A stretch of 64,000 bases of DNA from positions 1 through 64,000 of the forward strand of contig JBKPAK010000096.1 in assembly GCA_046726415.1 (NCBI GenBank), written 5' to 3'. The notes below the pieces were generated by a model. It was not told the origin of the DNA and searched no databases. It saw only the letters and a list, made by a program, of their open reading frames with translations. This document shows, piece by piece, positions 18,557-27,725 of the stretch. The DNA is from Candidatus Methylomirabilota bacterium. Lineage in GTDB: Bacteria; Methylomirabilota; Methylomirabilia; Rokubacteriales; CSP1-6. How positions within the stretch are numbered: position 1 is the first letter of the stretch; each line of letters opens with the position of its first letter. The position numbers and the translations under genes were made by a program.

Positions 18557-19954
18557 TCACTCCTCGCCGAGGCGCCACTTCTGGACCTTGCCGGTGGCCC
18601 CCCGGGGCAGCGCGTCCACCAGCCGCACCTGCCGTGGGCATTTGAAGGCGGCCAGGTGGCGCGCACAGTGAGCGATCAATTCTTCGGGCTGCGCGCTGGC
18701 CCGCGGGCGAAGGGCTACGAAGGCGACGACTTCCTCCCCCAGGTCGGCGTGAGAGCGTCCCACCACCGCGGCCTCGCCGACCGCCGGATGCGTGAGGAGC
18801 ACGGCCTCCACCTCGAGTGGCGACACCGAGTACCCTCCGCGCAGGATGAGGTCCTTCTTGCGTCCCACGATGCTGACCAGGCCGTCGTCGATGCGAGCGA
18901 GATCACCTGTGCGGAACCAGCCGTCGTCGAAGAGCGCGGTCAGGCCGTCGCGGGCGTTGAGATAGTCCTGGAGTCTGGCCGGAGTCTTCACGTGAAGCTC
19001 GCCGACATCGCCTGCCGGTACGGCTACTCCAGTGTCATCCACGATGCGCAGCTCGACGCCCGGAACGGCCCGGCCGATCGCGCCAGGAGTCTCGATGGGA
19101 TCGTCGGCGAGATACGAGATGGGGCGGAACAGCTCGGTCATGCCGTAGCCGCGCAGAAGCCTGACGCCCGTGCGCTCGCGCCATTCGCGGGCCAGCTCCC
19201 ACGGGCAGGGCGCGGCGCCCGAGACGGCCAGGCGCAGCGAGGTGAGATGCGCGGGCGCGAACGCTGGCGAGTCGAGCACGCGCCGGAACATCGTGGCGAC
19301 CCCGGGAAAGACGGTCACGCCGAGGGCATGCACGGTTTCGATGACCGCTTCGGGCGTGAAGCGCTCGAGCAGAGCCACCGTGGCCCCGGCCAGAAGCGGC
19401 GCCAGCAGAGCGCCATTGAGCCCGAAAGAATGCGCAAAAGGCAACACGCCGAGGACGACGTCGCCGGGCGCGAGGGCCAGCACGGGGCCAGCCCAGGAGC
19501 GGTTCGCCACCGTCAACGCCTCGTGCGAGAAGACCGAACCCTTCGGTCGTCCGCTGCTCCCCGAGGTGTAGAGGATCAGAGCCGGCGAGGCCAGCGGTCT
19601 CGGCGCCGGGAGTTGGCCCCCGCCGTCGGGCAGCTCGGTCACGACGAGCACAGGCGCCAGGTCGGCGGTAATGGTGGCCAACTCGTGCGCGGTGAGAAGG
19701 GGGTTGAGCGGCGCCACGGTGGCGCCGAGCTTCAGGCCTCCCAGGAACGCGACGACGAACGGCCAGCCGTTCGGCATGGCCACCGCGATGCGGTCGCCCG
19801 CGTGAACGCCGCGCACAGCCAGCGCTCGGGCACAGCGCGCGACGCGGCGCTCCAGTTCCTCGAACGTCATGGCCCCGCCGTGCCACACCAGAGCCCGCCG
19901 CCCCGGCGCCGCGCGGGCGACCTCCTCCAGCCACACCGTGAAATTCTCGAACAC
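18557..19954 (-). CDS. long-chain acyl-CoA synthetase / AMP-binding enzyme
   Basis: YTSGSSGRPKG, GYGMTE, FRTGD, GRKKD and GKVQK motifs; start is approximate (GTG 19954). Confidence 0.88.
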   Translation of the reverse strand: MFENFTVWLEEVARAAPGRRALVWHGGAMTFEELERRVARCARALAVRGVHAGDRIAVAMPNGWPFVVAFLGGLKLGATVAPLNPLLTAHELATITADLAPVLVVTELPDGGGQLPAPRPLASPALILYTSGSSGRPKGSVFSHEALTVANRSWAGPVLALAPGDVVLGVLPFAHSFGLNGALLAPLLAGATVALLERFTPEAVIETVHALGVTVFPGVATMFRRVLDSPAFAPAHLTSLRLAVSGAAPCPWELAREWRERTGVRLLRGYGMTELFRPISYLADDPIETPGAIGRAVPGVELRIVDDTGVAVPAGDVGELHVKTPARLQDYLNARDGLTALFDDGWFRTGDLARIDDGLVSIVGRKKDLILRGGYSVSPLEVEAVLLTHPAVGEAAVVGRSHADLGEEVVAFVALRPRASAQPEELIAHCARHLAAFKCPRQVRLVDALPRGATGKVQKWRLGEE

Positions 19955-19971
19955 CGCGGCGAGCGCTGGCG

Positions 19972-21327
19972 CTAGGCGATAAAATCCTTGAGGTCGATGC
20001 GCTCCCACACCGAGGGTGGGACTCGGTGGCGGGGCGTGTAGGTGGCCAGCGATGGCTTGGCCGTCGCGTCGACTCCCCACTTCGCCGTGTAACCGTCTTC
20101 CTTCACGGAAGGATCGAGGTCGGAACCGCGCGCGTGGGTGACGAGCAGGATGTCGCGATCGGGCTGGCAGCGCGTGGCCAGCGCCCACGTCACCTGCCGA
20201 TCGTCGAACACGTCGACGTCGTGATCGACCACGACCACGCGCTTCATGTAGAGATCGGCGCCCAGGACAGCGAGGAGCGCGTTCTTGGCCTGCCCCGGCG
20301 CGCGCTGTTCGATCGATGCGTAGCAGGTGAAGGGAGCCGGCACCCGCACCGCCTTGACCGAGGGCACCATCGCCCGGACGGCGCGATAGAGGTTGGCCTC
20401 CATGGGGATCGTCGACAGCAGCATGTGGTCGAGATGGGCCACCGCGATGTCGTGGAAGAAGGCGCCCGCGCGATGGGTGATGGCCTTGACCTGAACGATC
20501 TCCCGCTCGCGCTCGCCGAGACTGTACCCGGTGAATTCACCGAAGGGACCTTCCGCGACGCGCGCGTGAGGCAGGATCTCGGCCTCGATGATGATCTCGG
20601 CATGCGCTGGAACGAGGACCTCTGACGTCTCGCACCGCACCAGCTCCAGCGGCTCGCCGAGGAGCGCACCCATGATGGCCCGCTCGTCCTCGTCGATTGA
20701 CCCGATGGCCAGGGCGCCGAGCGCCAGCGCCGGATGGACCCCGATGGCAAAGGCCACGGCCAGCGACTCCCCGCGCGCCTCGGCGATGCGGTGAAACTCC
20801 CAGAGGTGCTTGCCCGTGGTGAGATGGATGGACGTGCGGTCGCGCCCCTGGATCATCAGGCGGTTGTACGCGCAGTTCCAGATCCCGCGGGTGGGATCTT
20901 TGGCGAACGAGATGGCCGCCGTGATGTAGGGACCGGCATCGCCTTCGTGGTGGACGATCTGCGGAAACGCGCGCAGATCCAGATGGTCACCGCGGAGCAC
21001 GACCTCTTTCACGGGTCCCGTCGAGACGACCTTGGGAGGGATCGGCTTCTCCACGGCCGCCAGGTACGTCTGAAGCATCGCCTCGGGTCTCGATCCCATG
21101 GCGGCGGCCAGTCGCGAGCGGCTGGCGTGCAGGTTGGTCAGCACCGGAAAGGAGGTGCCCTTCACCCGCTCGAAGACCATGATCGGCCGCCGCTTGGCCT
21201 CCTGCTCCATCTTGGCCACGATGGCGGTCAGCTCGTAGGCGGGATCGACGTCGCGCGAGACGATCTGCAACTCGTGCGGGCGGGTGCGCTTGATCAGGTC
21301 GAGGAACGCCCTCAGGTCCTGCGGCAT
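19972..21327 (-). CDS. UbiD family prFMN-dependent decarboxylase
   Basis: DLRAFL, DAGPYIT, YNR, EGPFGEFTGY and VVVDHDVDV...WALATR motifs. Confidence 0.92.
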   Translation of the reverse strand: MPQDLRAFLDLIKRTRPHELQIVSRDVDPAYELTAIVAKMEQEAKRRPIMVFERVKGTSFPVLTNLHASRSRLAAAMGSRPEAMLQTYLAAVEKPIPPKVVSTGPVKEVVLRGDHLDLRAFPQIVHHEGDAGPYITAAISFAKDPTRGIWNCAYNRLMIQGRDRTSIHLTTGKHLWEFHRIAEARGESLAVAFAIGVHPALALGALAIGSIDEDERAIMGALLGEPLELVRCETSEVLVPAHAEIIIEAEILPHARVAEGPFGEFTGYSLGEREREIVQVKAITHRAGAFFHDIAVAHLDHMLLSTIPMEANLYRAVRAMVPSVKAVRVPAPFTCYASIEQRAPGQAKNALLAVLGADLYMKRVVVVDHDVDVFDDRQVTWALATRCQPDRDILLVTHARGSDLDPSVKEDGYTAKWGVDATAKPSLATYTPRHRVPPSVWERIDLKDFIA

Positions 21328-21449
21328 GTCTCGCTCCTGGTAGAGGCTGCGAACGCCATCATAGCACCCGAGGTCGCGGGACTCGGGCGGGGGGCAGCCG
21401 CCCGCGGTCCCCGCCGCGACCGCGCGACGGGCCGCCGCTCACCGGAGTG

Positions 21450-22421
21450 TCAACCGCCCTGAACGCCTTGGGCGTTGACATAGAGGGAATAGAGCGACTG
21501 ACTCCCGCACATGAAGAGTCGGTTGCGCTTGACGCCGCCAAAGCAGAGGTTGGCGGATCGTTCGGGCAGCAGAATGCGGCCGATGAGCTGGCTGTGGGGA
21601 TTGAAGATCGCCACGCCATCCTGGCCTTCACCGCCACCCCAGCCGCACCACAGGTTGCCCTCCGTGTCGCAGCGCATGCCGTCGGGGATCCCGGTTCCGG
21701 CGTTGATGAAGACGCGTCCGTTGGCCAGCCTCGTCCCGTCACCGACCACGTCGAAGACGCGGATCGCGCGCGGCGTGGCGCCGCTCTCCACGATATAGAG
21801 CTTGGATTCGTCGGGCGAGAAGCAGAGCCCGTTGGGGCGGTTGACGTCGCCCGTGGCCACCGTCATCTGCCCGCTCTGGCCGTCGATCCGATAGACGTTC
21901 GTGGGCAGCTCGGGCGTGGCGGTGTGGCCTTCGTAGTTCCTCAGGATGCCGAAAGGCGGGTCGGTGAACCAGATCGACTGGTCGGACTTGACCACGACAT
22001 CGTTGGGGGAGTTGATCGGCTTCCCCTGGTAACGGTCGGCGAGGACGGTGATGGTGCCGTCGTACTCCGTCCGCGTGACGCGGCGGCTGTCGTGCTCGCA
22101 GGTCACCAGCCGGCCCTGGCGATCGCGCGTGTTGCCGTTGCTGTGGTTGGAGGGTTTCCGGAAGACGCTGAGCGCTCCGGTCTCCTCCTCCCATTTCATG
22201 ATGCGGTTGTTGGGAATGTCGCTCCAGAGGAGGAAGCGGCCGTCGCCGAACCACACGGGGCCTTCGGCCCAACGAAAGCCGGTGGCCAGGCGCTCGACAG
22301 CGGACAGCGGCAGGCGGTATTTCGCGAAGCTCGGTTCGACGACCTGGATGGCGGGATCCGGATAACGCACGGGATTCGGGGCACACCCGCAGATCCAGGC
22401 CCCGGGGGCGATGGCGGCCAT
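21450..22421 (-). CDS. SMP-30/gluconolactonase/LRE family protein
   Basis: RWAEGPVW, SDIPNNRI, NGNTRD, NSPND, PNGLCFSPDE and PDGMRCD motifs; start is approximate. Confidence 0.9.
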   Translation of the reverse strand: MAAIAPGAWICGCAPNPVRYPDPAIQVVEPSFAKYRLPLSAVERLATGFRWAEGPVWFGDGRFLLWSDIPNNRIMKWEEETGALSVFRKPSNHSNGNTRDRQGRLVTCEHDSRRVTRTEYDGTITVLADRYQGKPINSPNDVVVKSDQSIWFTDPPFGILRNYEGHTATPELPTNVYRIDGQSGQMTVATGDVNRPNGLCFSPDESKLYIVESGATPRAIRVFDVVGDGTRLANGRVFINAGTGIPDGMRCDTEGNLWCGWGGGEGQDGVAIFNPHSQLIGRILLPERSANLCFGGVKRNRLFMCGSQSLYSLYVNAQGVQGG

Positions 22422-22443
22422 CAGCGCGAATCTCGCCCTGCGC

Positions 22444-23793
22444 TCATCGGGCGAGGTCTTTCTGCAGCTCGCCGATGCTGTCGGCCACGATGTCCACCAA
22501 CTCATCGACCTCCGCGGCCGTGATGCAGAGCGGCGGGGCGAGCCGCATGACGCTCCCGCGCGCGTAGATGATGGCGCCGCGCTCCCAGGCCTTGCGGTCC
22601 AGCTCCCCCACGCGCGTGCTGTCGAGGGGCCGCCCGGACCCATCGGGCTCCACGAAGTCGACGCAGACGAGCAGTCCCCGGCCACGAACCTCACCGACGA
22701 TCGGATGCCGGCCGACGGCGGCCTGCAGGCCGTCGCGCAGGCGCGCCCCCATCTTCTCGGCGTTTTCCACCAGGCGATCGTGCTCCATGATCCGGAGATT
22801 GGCCAGGGCGGCGGCGCAGGCGACCGGATGGGCCGCGTACGTGTTGGGATGCACGTTCTCCTTGGTTGTCGTGTCCGGAAAGGCGTCGGCGAGGCGGCGG
22901 CGCGCGATGCTGGCGGACAGCGGGATGTACCCCGAGGTGATGCCTTTGGCGACCGACATCAGGTCGGGGACGACGTCCTCGTGCTCGCAGGCGAACCAGC
23001 GGCCCGTTCGCCCAAAGCCGGTGATGACCTCGTCGGCAATCATCAAAACGTCCAGCTCGTCGCAGGTCGCACGTACCGCGCGGAGCCACCCGAGGGGAGG
23101 CATGATGAAGCCGCCGGAGGAGAGGATCGGCTCGAGGATGACGGCAGACACCGTATGGGGACCCTCGCGCTGAATGGTCTCGCGCAGAGCGGTCGCGCAG
23201 CGCTGCACCAACTCCTCGTCCGTACCGGTCCCTCGGTCACGAAAGGGATGGGGCGCTGTCACCTTCGCGAACCCTGGGACGTGGAGCGGCGCATACGGCT
23301 CGACCATGTGTGGCAGTCCACACACGGCGAAGGTCCCAACCGTTGCTCCGTGGTAGCCGCCCTGGAGGGAGATCACCTTGTGTTTGTCGGCGCGTCCCCG
23401 GGCCAGCCAGTAGTGGCGCGCGATCTGCATCGAGCGCTCGTTGGCCTCGGAGCCACTGACCGCGAACAGCGTGTACGTCAGATCGCCGGGCGTCAGAGAG
23501 GCGAGCTTGGCCGCCAGCTCCGCCGCCGCCCGGTTCGAAAATTGCCGCGTGGTCGGATAGTAAGCTAGGCGCACCGTCTGCTCCGCAATGGCCTCGGCGA
23601 TCTCGCGCCGCCCGTGGCCGACGTTCACGACGGCCAGGCCGGCGAAGGCATCCATGAGCTTCTGTCCCCGCGCGGTCCACACCCACACGCCCTCACCGCG
23701 CTCGATCAGCAACTCCTCGTCAGACAGCCAAGGATGGTCTTGCGTCTTGTGCGTCCATAGGTACTTGATCATTTCCGCGTCAGTCATGGACAT
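22444..23793 (-). CDS. class III PLP-dependent aminotransferase
   Basis: SGSEANE, YHG, EP, ADEVITGFGRTG and AKGITSGYIPL motifs. Confidence 0.93.
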   Translation of the reverse strand: MSMTDAEMIKYLWTHKTQDHPWLSDEELLIERGEGVWVWTARGQKLMDAFAGLAVVNVGHGRREIAEAIAEQTVRLAYYPTTRQFSNRAAAELAAKLASLTPGDLTYTLFAVSGSEANERSMQIARHYWLARGRADKHKVISLQGGYHGATVGTFAVCGLPHMVEPYAPLHVPGFAKVTAPHPFRDRGTGTDEELVQRCATALRETIQREGPHTVSAVILEPILSSGGFIMPPLGWLRAVRATCDELDVLMIADEVITGFGRTGRWFACEHEDVVPDLMSVAKGITSGYIPLSASIARRRLADAFPDTTTKENVHPNTYAAHPVACAAALANLRIMEHDRLVENAEKMGARLRDGLQAAVGRHPIVGEVRGRGLLVCVDFVEPDGSGRPLDSTRVGELDRKAWERGAIIYARGSVMRLAPPLCITAAEVDELVDIVADSIGELQKDLAR

Positions 23794-23854
23794 CTCCTTT
23801 CCTCACCGCTATGAAACGATCTCTGGGCCGCCTGACAGCAGCGGATCGGCGATG

Positions 23855-24652
23855 TCATCTTCCCGCCGGGGCGGAGGCGGCGGATCGCGCGGCGCGGACG
23901 AGCGCCACGTTCTCCTCGACCGTGTCGTTGCCGGTGATGGCCCGGAACACGACCTGATCGATCGCGTCATTCCACCCGCGGAGCGCGTTTCTGATGTCCT
24001 CCGGACTGCGGGCGGCGATGGCCGTCTCAACGGGCTTCACTCCCATGCGCGCGAAGTGAGCAGCGTACGCCGGGATGGCCTCGTACCGGGCTCCTTCCTC
24101 CTGAAGTCTGTCGCCGGCGGCGGCTCCGAGCGCGAGACGTACATAGGCGAAAAGCTTCGGCGCCGGTCGGCCGGCGGCCGCTGCTCCGGCTCGCACCCAC
24201 TCGGCCGACCGCCGTGCATGCTCCGGGGTCAGCCAGTTGAAGAGCACGCCGTCCGCGACCTCGCCGGCGAGCCGGCACATCTGAGGACCGAGCGCCGCCA
24301 CGACGAGGTGCACGGGAAGCTGGGCGCGCAAGTCCGCCACCCCGGCGCGGACGCGCGTCAGTGACCCGGGGTTCGGACTGCCGACGCCGAGGAGCAGGCG
24401 ATCGACGGGGAGGGCATGCGCGCGGACGCCCTGGGCGATGCTGTCCGGCCCGCGGGTATGCAGCGGAATCACTCCGATGCCGAGCTCGACGCGCCGCGTT
24501 TCGTTGCCGGCCCCGGCGAGAGCCGCCAGTCCGTCCGTCGAGCCGGGATGATTGACCCAGAACGAGTGGTATCCCAGCGCTTCAGCTTCTCGCGCGGATG
24601 CCCGAATGACGTCGGGTACGGCGCCCGCGAACAGCGCGAAACCGTATTCCAT
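23855..24652 (-). CDS. LLM class flavin-dependent oxidoreductase
   Basis: AEALGYHSFWV, LGIGVIP and AALGPQMCRLAGEVADGV motifs. Confidence 0.85.
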   Translation of the reverse strand: MEYGFALFAGAVPDVIRASAREAEALGYHSFWVNHPGSTDGLAALAGAGNETRRVELGIGVIPLHTRGPDSIAQGVRAHALPVDRLLLGVGSPNPGSLTRVRAGVADLRAQLPVHLVVAALGPQMCRLAGEVADGVLFNWLTPEHARRSAEWVRAGAAAAGRPAPKLFAYVRLALGAAAGDRLQEEGARYEAIPAYAAHFARMGVKPVETAIAARSPEDIRNALRGWNDAIDQVVFRAITGNDTVEENVALVRAARSAASAPAGR

Positions 24653-24723
24653 CACTGCCTCCCATGCGTGCTGCCTGTTTGAGGCCAACGGATGTCGTCT
24701 GCGCTGGCTGAACGTATCACGAA

Positions 24724-24891
24724 AGGCTGGGGAGGGCGGCCGGCGTACCCACGCCGGTGATCAGCGGCCTGGTGGCCGCCGCCTCGGCTATGACAGGCCG
24801 AGACTTCGCGGCCGAGGGGCGTTCGCTCGAGCGGCTGGGGCTCGAGGGCATGAACGCGAAGGAGATCCAGAACGCGGTGGAGAGCGGATAG
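24724..24891 (+). pseudogene. C-terminal remnant of an opine (octopine/nopaline) dehydrogenase
   Basis: Translates RLGRAAGVPTPVISGLVAAASAMTGRDFAAEGRSLERLGLEGMNAKEIQNAVESG*; no N-terminal domain upstream. Confidence 0.65.
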
Positions 24892-24960
24892 CCCCAGGCA
24901 TGCGGGGGCTGAAGGCGGTGCGGCAACCGAAGATCGGGCCCACGTTCGGAGGATGACCAC

Positions 24961-25337
24961 ATGAGCGTGACGCTACAACCGGCGACGACGATCGTGGAGG
25001 CGGCCCTTCGCAAGGCGCGGGAGACGGCCTGCGCGCCGCTCGCCGTGGCCGTGCTCGATGGCGGTGGACATCTGAAGGCATTCAGCCGGGAGGATGCTGC
25101 CGGCACCCTCCGCCCGCAGATCGCGCTGGGCAAGGCGTGGGACGCGCTGGGAATGGGGGTCGGCACACGGGCACTGGCCCGGTCGTCCCGGCGCCAGGAG
25201 GAGTCCTGATCCGAGACGCCAGCGGTGCGGTCATCGGCGCGGCGGTTGGCATCTCGGGAGACGTGTCGGACGAGGCGTGCGCGGTGGCAGGGATCGAGGC
25301 TGTCCGTCTCGTCGCCGACACCGGGGCTGAGCGCTAG
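24961..25337 (+). pseudogene. GlcG/HbpS heme-binding family gene with an internal deletion and frameshift
   Basis: N-half (AVAVLDGGGHLKAFSRED...GKAW) and C-half (PGGVLIRD...GISGD) are in different frames, joined near 25180. Confidence 0.8.
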
Positions 25338-26326
25338 CGGATGTCGTCGCCCCAGCGATACTCGCGGGTCAGCGCGTCGAGCCTCGCCGTGAGGTCACTG
25401 TCGAGACCCTTGTCGACCACCGAGAGCACGTCGTCGAGCTGATCGGGTCGACTCGCCCCGATGATCGGCGCGGTCACGGTCGGATGCGCCAGCACCCATG
25501 CGACGGCCAACCGGGCCAGGGAGATGCCGGCTTCCGCCGCCAAGGGCCGCAGAGCCTCCACGGTCGCAAACTCGCGCTCGTGCCAGTAGCGCTCCTGATA
25601 TCGTCTGGCCCCACCGCCAAAGCTGAACCGGGTCCCGGCAATCGGTCCAGCCTCACGGCGGTGCTTGCCGGACAGCAGACCACCGGCCAGCGGGTTGTAG
25701 GGGATCACACCCAGACCTTCCTCCAGGCACAGGGGAAACAGCTCGCGCTCGACCTGTCGGAAGAGCAGGTTGTAGCGTGGTTGCACGGAGTCGAGGCGGG
25801 CCAGGCCGAGAACCTCGCTCCGGCCCAGCGCCCGCGCCACGCGGTAGGCGGCGAAGTTGGAACACCCGATGTAGCGCGCCTTGCCCGTCCGTACGATGTG
25901 GTCGAGGGCACTCAGCGTCTCGTCGATCGGGGTGTCGGGATCCGGGTGGTGGAGTTGGTAGAGATCCACGTAGTCCGTACCGAGCCGTCGCAGCGAGCCC
26001 TCGATGGCGTCGAGGATGTGCTTGCGCGAGAGGCCACGGTCCCAGGGACGCGCACTCATGGCGCCGAAGCACTTGGTGGCCAGGATGAACTCGTGCCGCC
26101 GTCCCCGCAGCCATCGGCCGACGATCTCCTCGGTGTGCCCCACGGTGTCGAGGCCGCCACCCATCGGGTAGACGTCGGAGGTATCGAGAAAGCTGATGCC
26201 ACCGGCCGCGGCGCGGTCGAGGATCGCCGCCGAGGTGACCTCGTCGCACTGGAGGCCGAAGGTCATCGTGCCGAGGCAGAGTCGGGACACGGAGAGGCCC
26301 GTGCGGCCGAGGCGGACGTAGCGCAT
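25334..26326 (-). CDS. aldo/keto reductase
   Basis: LGRTGLSVSRLCLGTM, DTSDVY, ATK, DLYQLH, IGCSN, YNPLAGG and PIIGAS motifs. Confidence 0.95.
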   Translation of the reverse strand: MRYVRLGRTGLSVSRLCLGTMTFGLQCDEVTSAAILDRAAAGGISFLDTSDVYPMGGGLDTVGHTEEIVGRWLRGRRHEFILATKCFGAMSARPWDRGLSRKHILDAIEGSLRRLGTDYVDLYQLHHPDPDTPIDETLSALDHIVRTGKARYIGCSNFAAYRVARALGRSEVLGLARLDSVQPRYNLLFRQVERELFPLCLEEGLGVIPYNPLAGGLLSGKHRREAGPIAGTRFSFGGGARRYQERYWHEREFATVEALRPLAAEAGISLARLAVAWVLAHPTVTAPIIGASRPDQLDDVLSVVDKGLDSDLTARLDALTREYRWGDDIR

Positions 26327-26386
26327 CGAGTTTTGACACTTAGCACGCTCATGCCGTCTCCGTCCACTCCCGTAGCTCGGCGCTCC

Positions 26387-27343
26387 TCAGAGACACGTGT
26401 GCTCGGCGGGGGCTCCGCGCAGGCGCTCCATCCCTTCGATCAGTCCGCCGATGTCCATCGGAACATGCGTCTCGTTGCGGAATTCCTGGTAGCAGCGCAC
26501 GACGTTGGGCAGGATGCGCTCCGCGTCGCTCCAGGAGGCGTAGGCGCCGAGTTTGATCTCGCGGGCTGCGTCCTCGGGGGGCATCCCCGCGTCGAAGCGC
26601 TTGCGCGCTTCCCGGCGCATGAGGACTAGATAGTCGCGCATGTAGGCGAGGTCCTTCTTGGTGCCGATCGGTCCGTGGCCGGGAACAATGACGTCGGCGT
26701 CGAAAGTGAGCAATCGGTTGGCAGCCTTGATCCACTGGCCGACGTGTCCCTGGAAGGCGAGAGGCGTGACGTAGTGGAACGCCAGATCGCCCGCGAAGAG
26801 GATGCGCTCCTTCGGCAGGAAGACCGCAGCGTCGCCGACGGTGTGGGCGGCCGCGCCTGGATGCCAGAGGCGGATCTCCCGGTCGCCGTCGTGGACCACC
26901 AGATGGTCGCGGAACGTCACCGTCGGCAGCGCGAGCTTGAGCAACGGGAACTCTTTGGCGAACCGGGGCATGAAGCGCTGGATGAGCGGCAGAGGAGGAA
27001 AGCCGGGGGCCAGCTCCTCCCGACACTTGTCGGTCGCGATGATGGTCGCGTCGCGGAAGAGACGGTTGCCGCCGGTATGGTCGAGATGGTGATGGGTGTT
27101 GATGAGCCTGGCGACGGGCCGTCGCGTAGTCTTCTTGATGGCGGCGACTAGCTTCCGGGTCATGGACGGAACCATGAGGGCGTCCACGGCCACGGCGGAC
27201 TCGGCGCCCACGATGAGGCCCGAGTTGGCGATGCCCGTATCCCCGTGAGGATCGAAACCCGAAGCCTGCACGTACGCGAAGATCTGGGGGCCAATCTCGA
27301 TCATCCCGTTCTTCCAGCGCTGAGGCACCGTGTGACGCGCCAT
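26387..27343 (-). CDS. MBL-fold metallo-hydrolase (cyclase-like)
   Basis: NTHHHLDHTGGN, AHTVGD, FAGD and PGHG motifs; AGGAGGAG before the ATG. Confidence 0.9.
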   Translation of the reverse strand: MARHTVPQRWKNGMIEIGPQIFAYVQASGFDPHGDTGIANSGLIVGAESAVAVDALMVPSMTRKLVAAIKKTTRRPVARLINTHHHLDHTGGNRLFRDATIIATDKCREELAPGFPPLPLIQRFMPRFAKEFPLLKLALPTVTFRDHLVVHDGDREIRLWHPGAAAHTVGDAAVFLPKERILFAGDLAFHYVTPLAFQGHVGQWIKAANRLLTFDADVIVPGHGPIGTKKDLAYMRDYLVLMRREARKRFDAGMPPEDAAREIKLGAYASWSDAERILPNVVRCYQEFRNETHVPMDIGGLIEGMERLRGAPAEHTCL

Positions 27344-27380
27344 GCTCTCCTCCTTTGACAGGGCACGGGCACCCGGGCTT

Positions 27381-27628
27381 CGCCCGCCCGGGCCCCGCCG
27401 CGATCACCGCATACGATTCATCTCCGGGGCGACGTGAGTCGGGACGACCGGTCGCCCGCCCGGGCCCCGCCGCGATCACCGCATGCGATTCATCTCCGGG
27501 GCGACGTGTGTCGGGACGACCGCTCGCCCGCCTGGGCCCCGCCGCGATCACCGCATGCGATTCATCTCCGGGGCGACGTGTGTCGGGACGACCGGTCGCC
27601 CGCCCGACGGGCCCCGCCGCGATCACCG
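27381..27628. repeat. tandem array of a 72-bp unit (three full copies plus one partial)
   Basis: Unit cgcccgcccgggccccgccgcgatcaccgcatgcgattcatctccggggcgacgtgtgtcgggacgaccggt starts at 27381, 27453, 27525 and 27597. Confidence 0.95.
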
Positions 27629-27658
27629 GCTTAGCCATGCCCGCCCGCCGGCCCAATC

Positions 27659-27687
27659 TTGACACTATTTAGTTTGAATGATGGAGT
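27659..27687 (+). promoter_or_regulatory. candidate promoter TTGACA-N17-TGGAGT for the enolase-family gene
   Basis: Consensus -35 in an AT-rich patch; the -10 is weak. Confidence 0.45.
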
Positions 27688-27725
27688 GGGCCGCGATCAT
27701 CAGATGTCCTTTTCGGGGGGTACAG

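Noticed and set aside
27381-27628. CRISPR array
   Set aside because: The whole 72-bp unit repeats with no unique spacers, and no cas genes occur in the window
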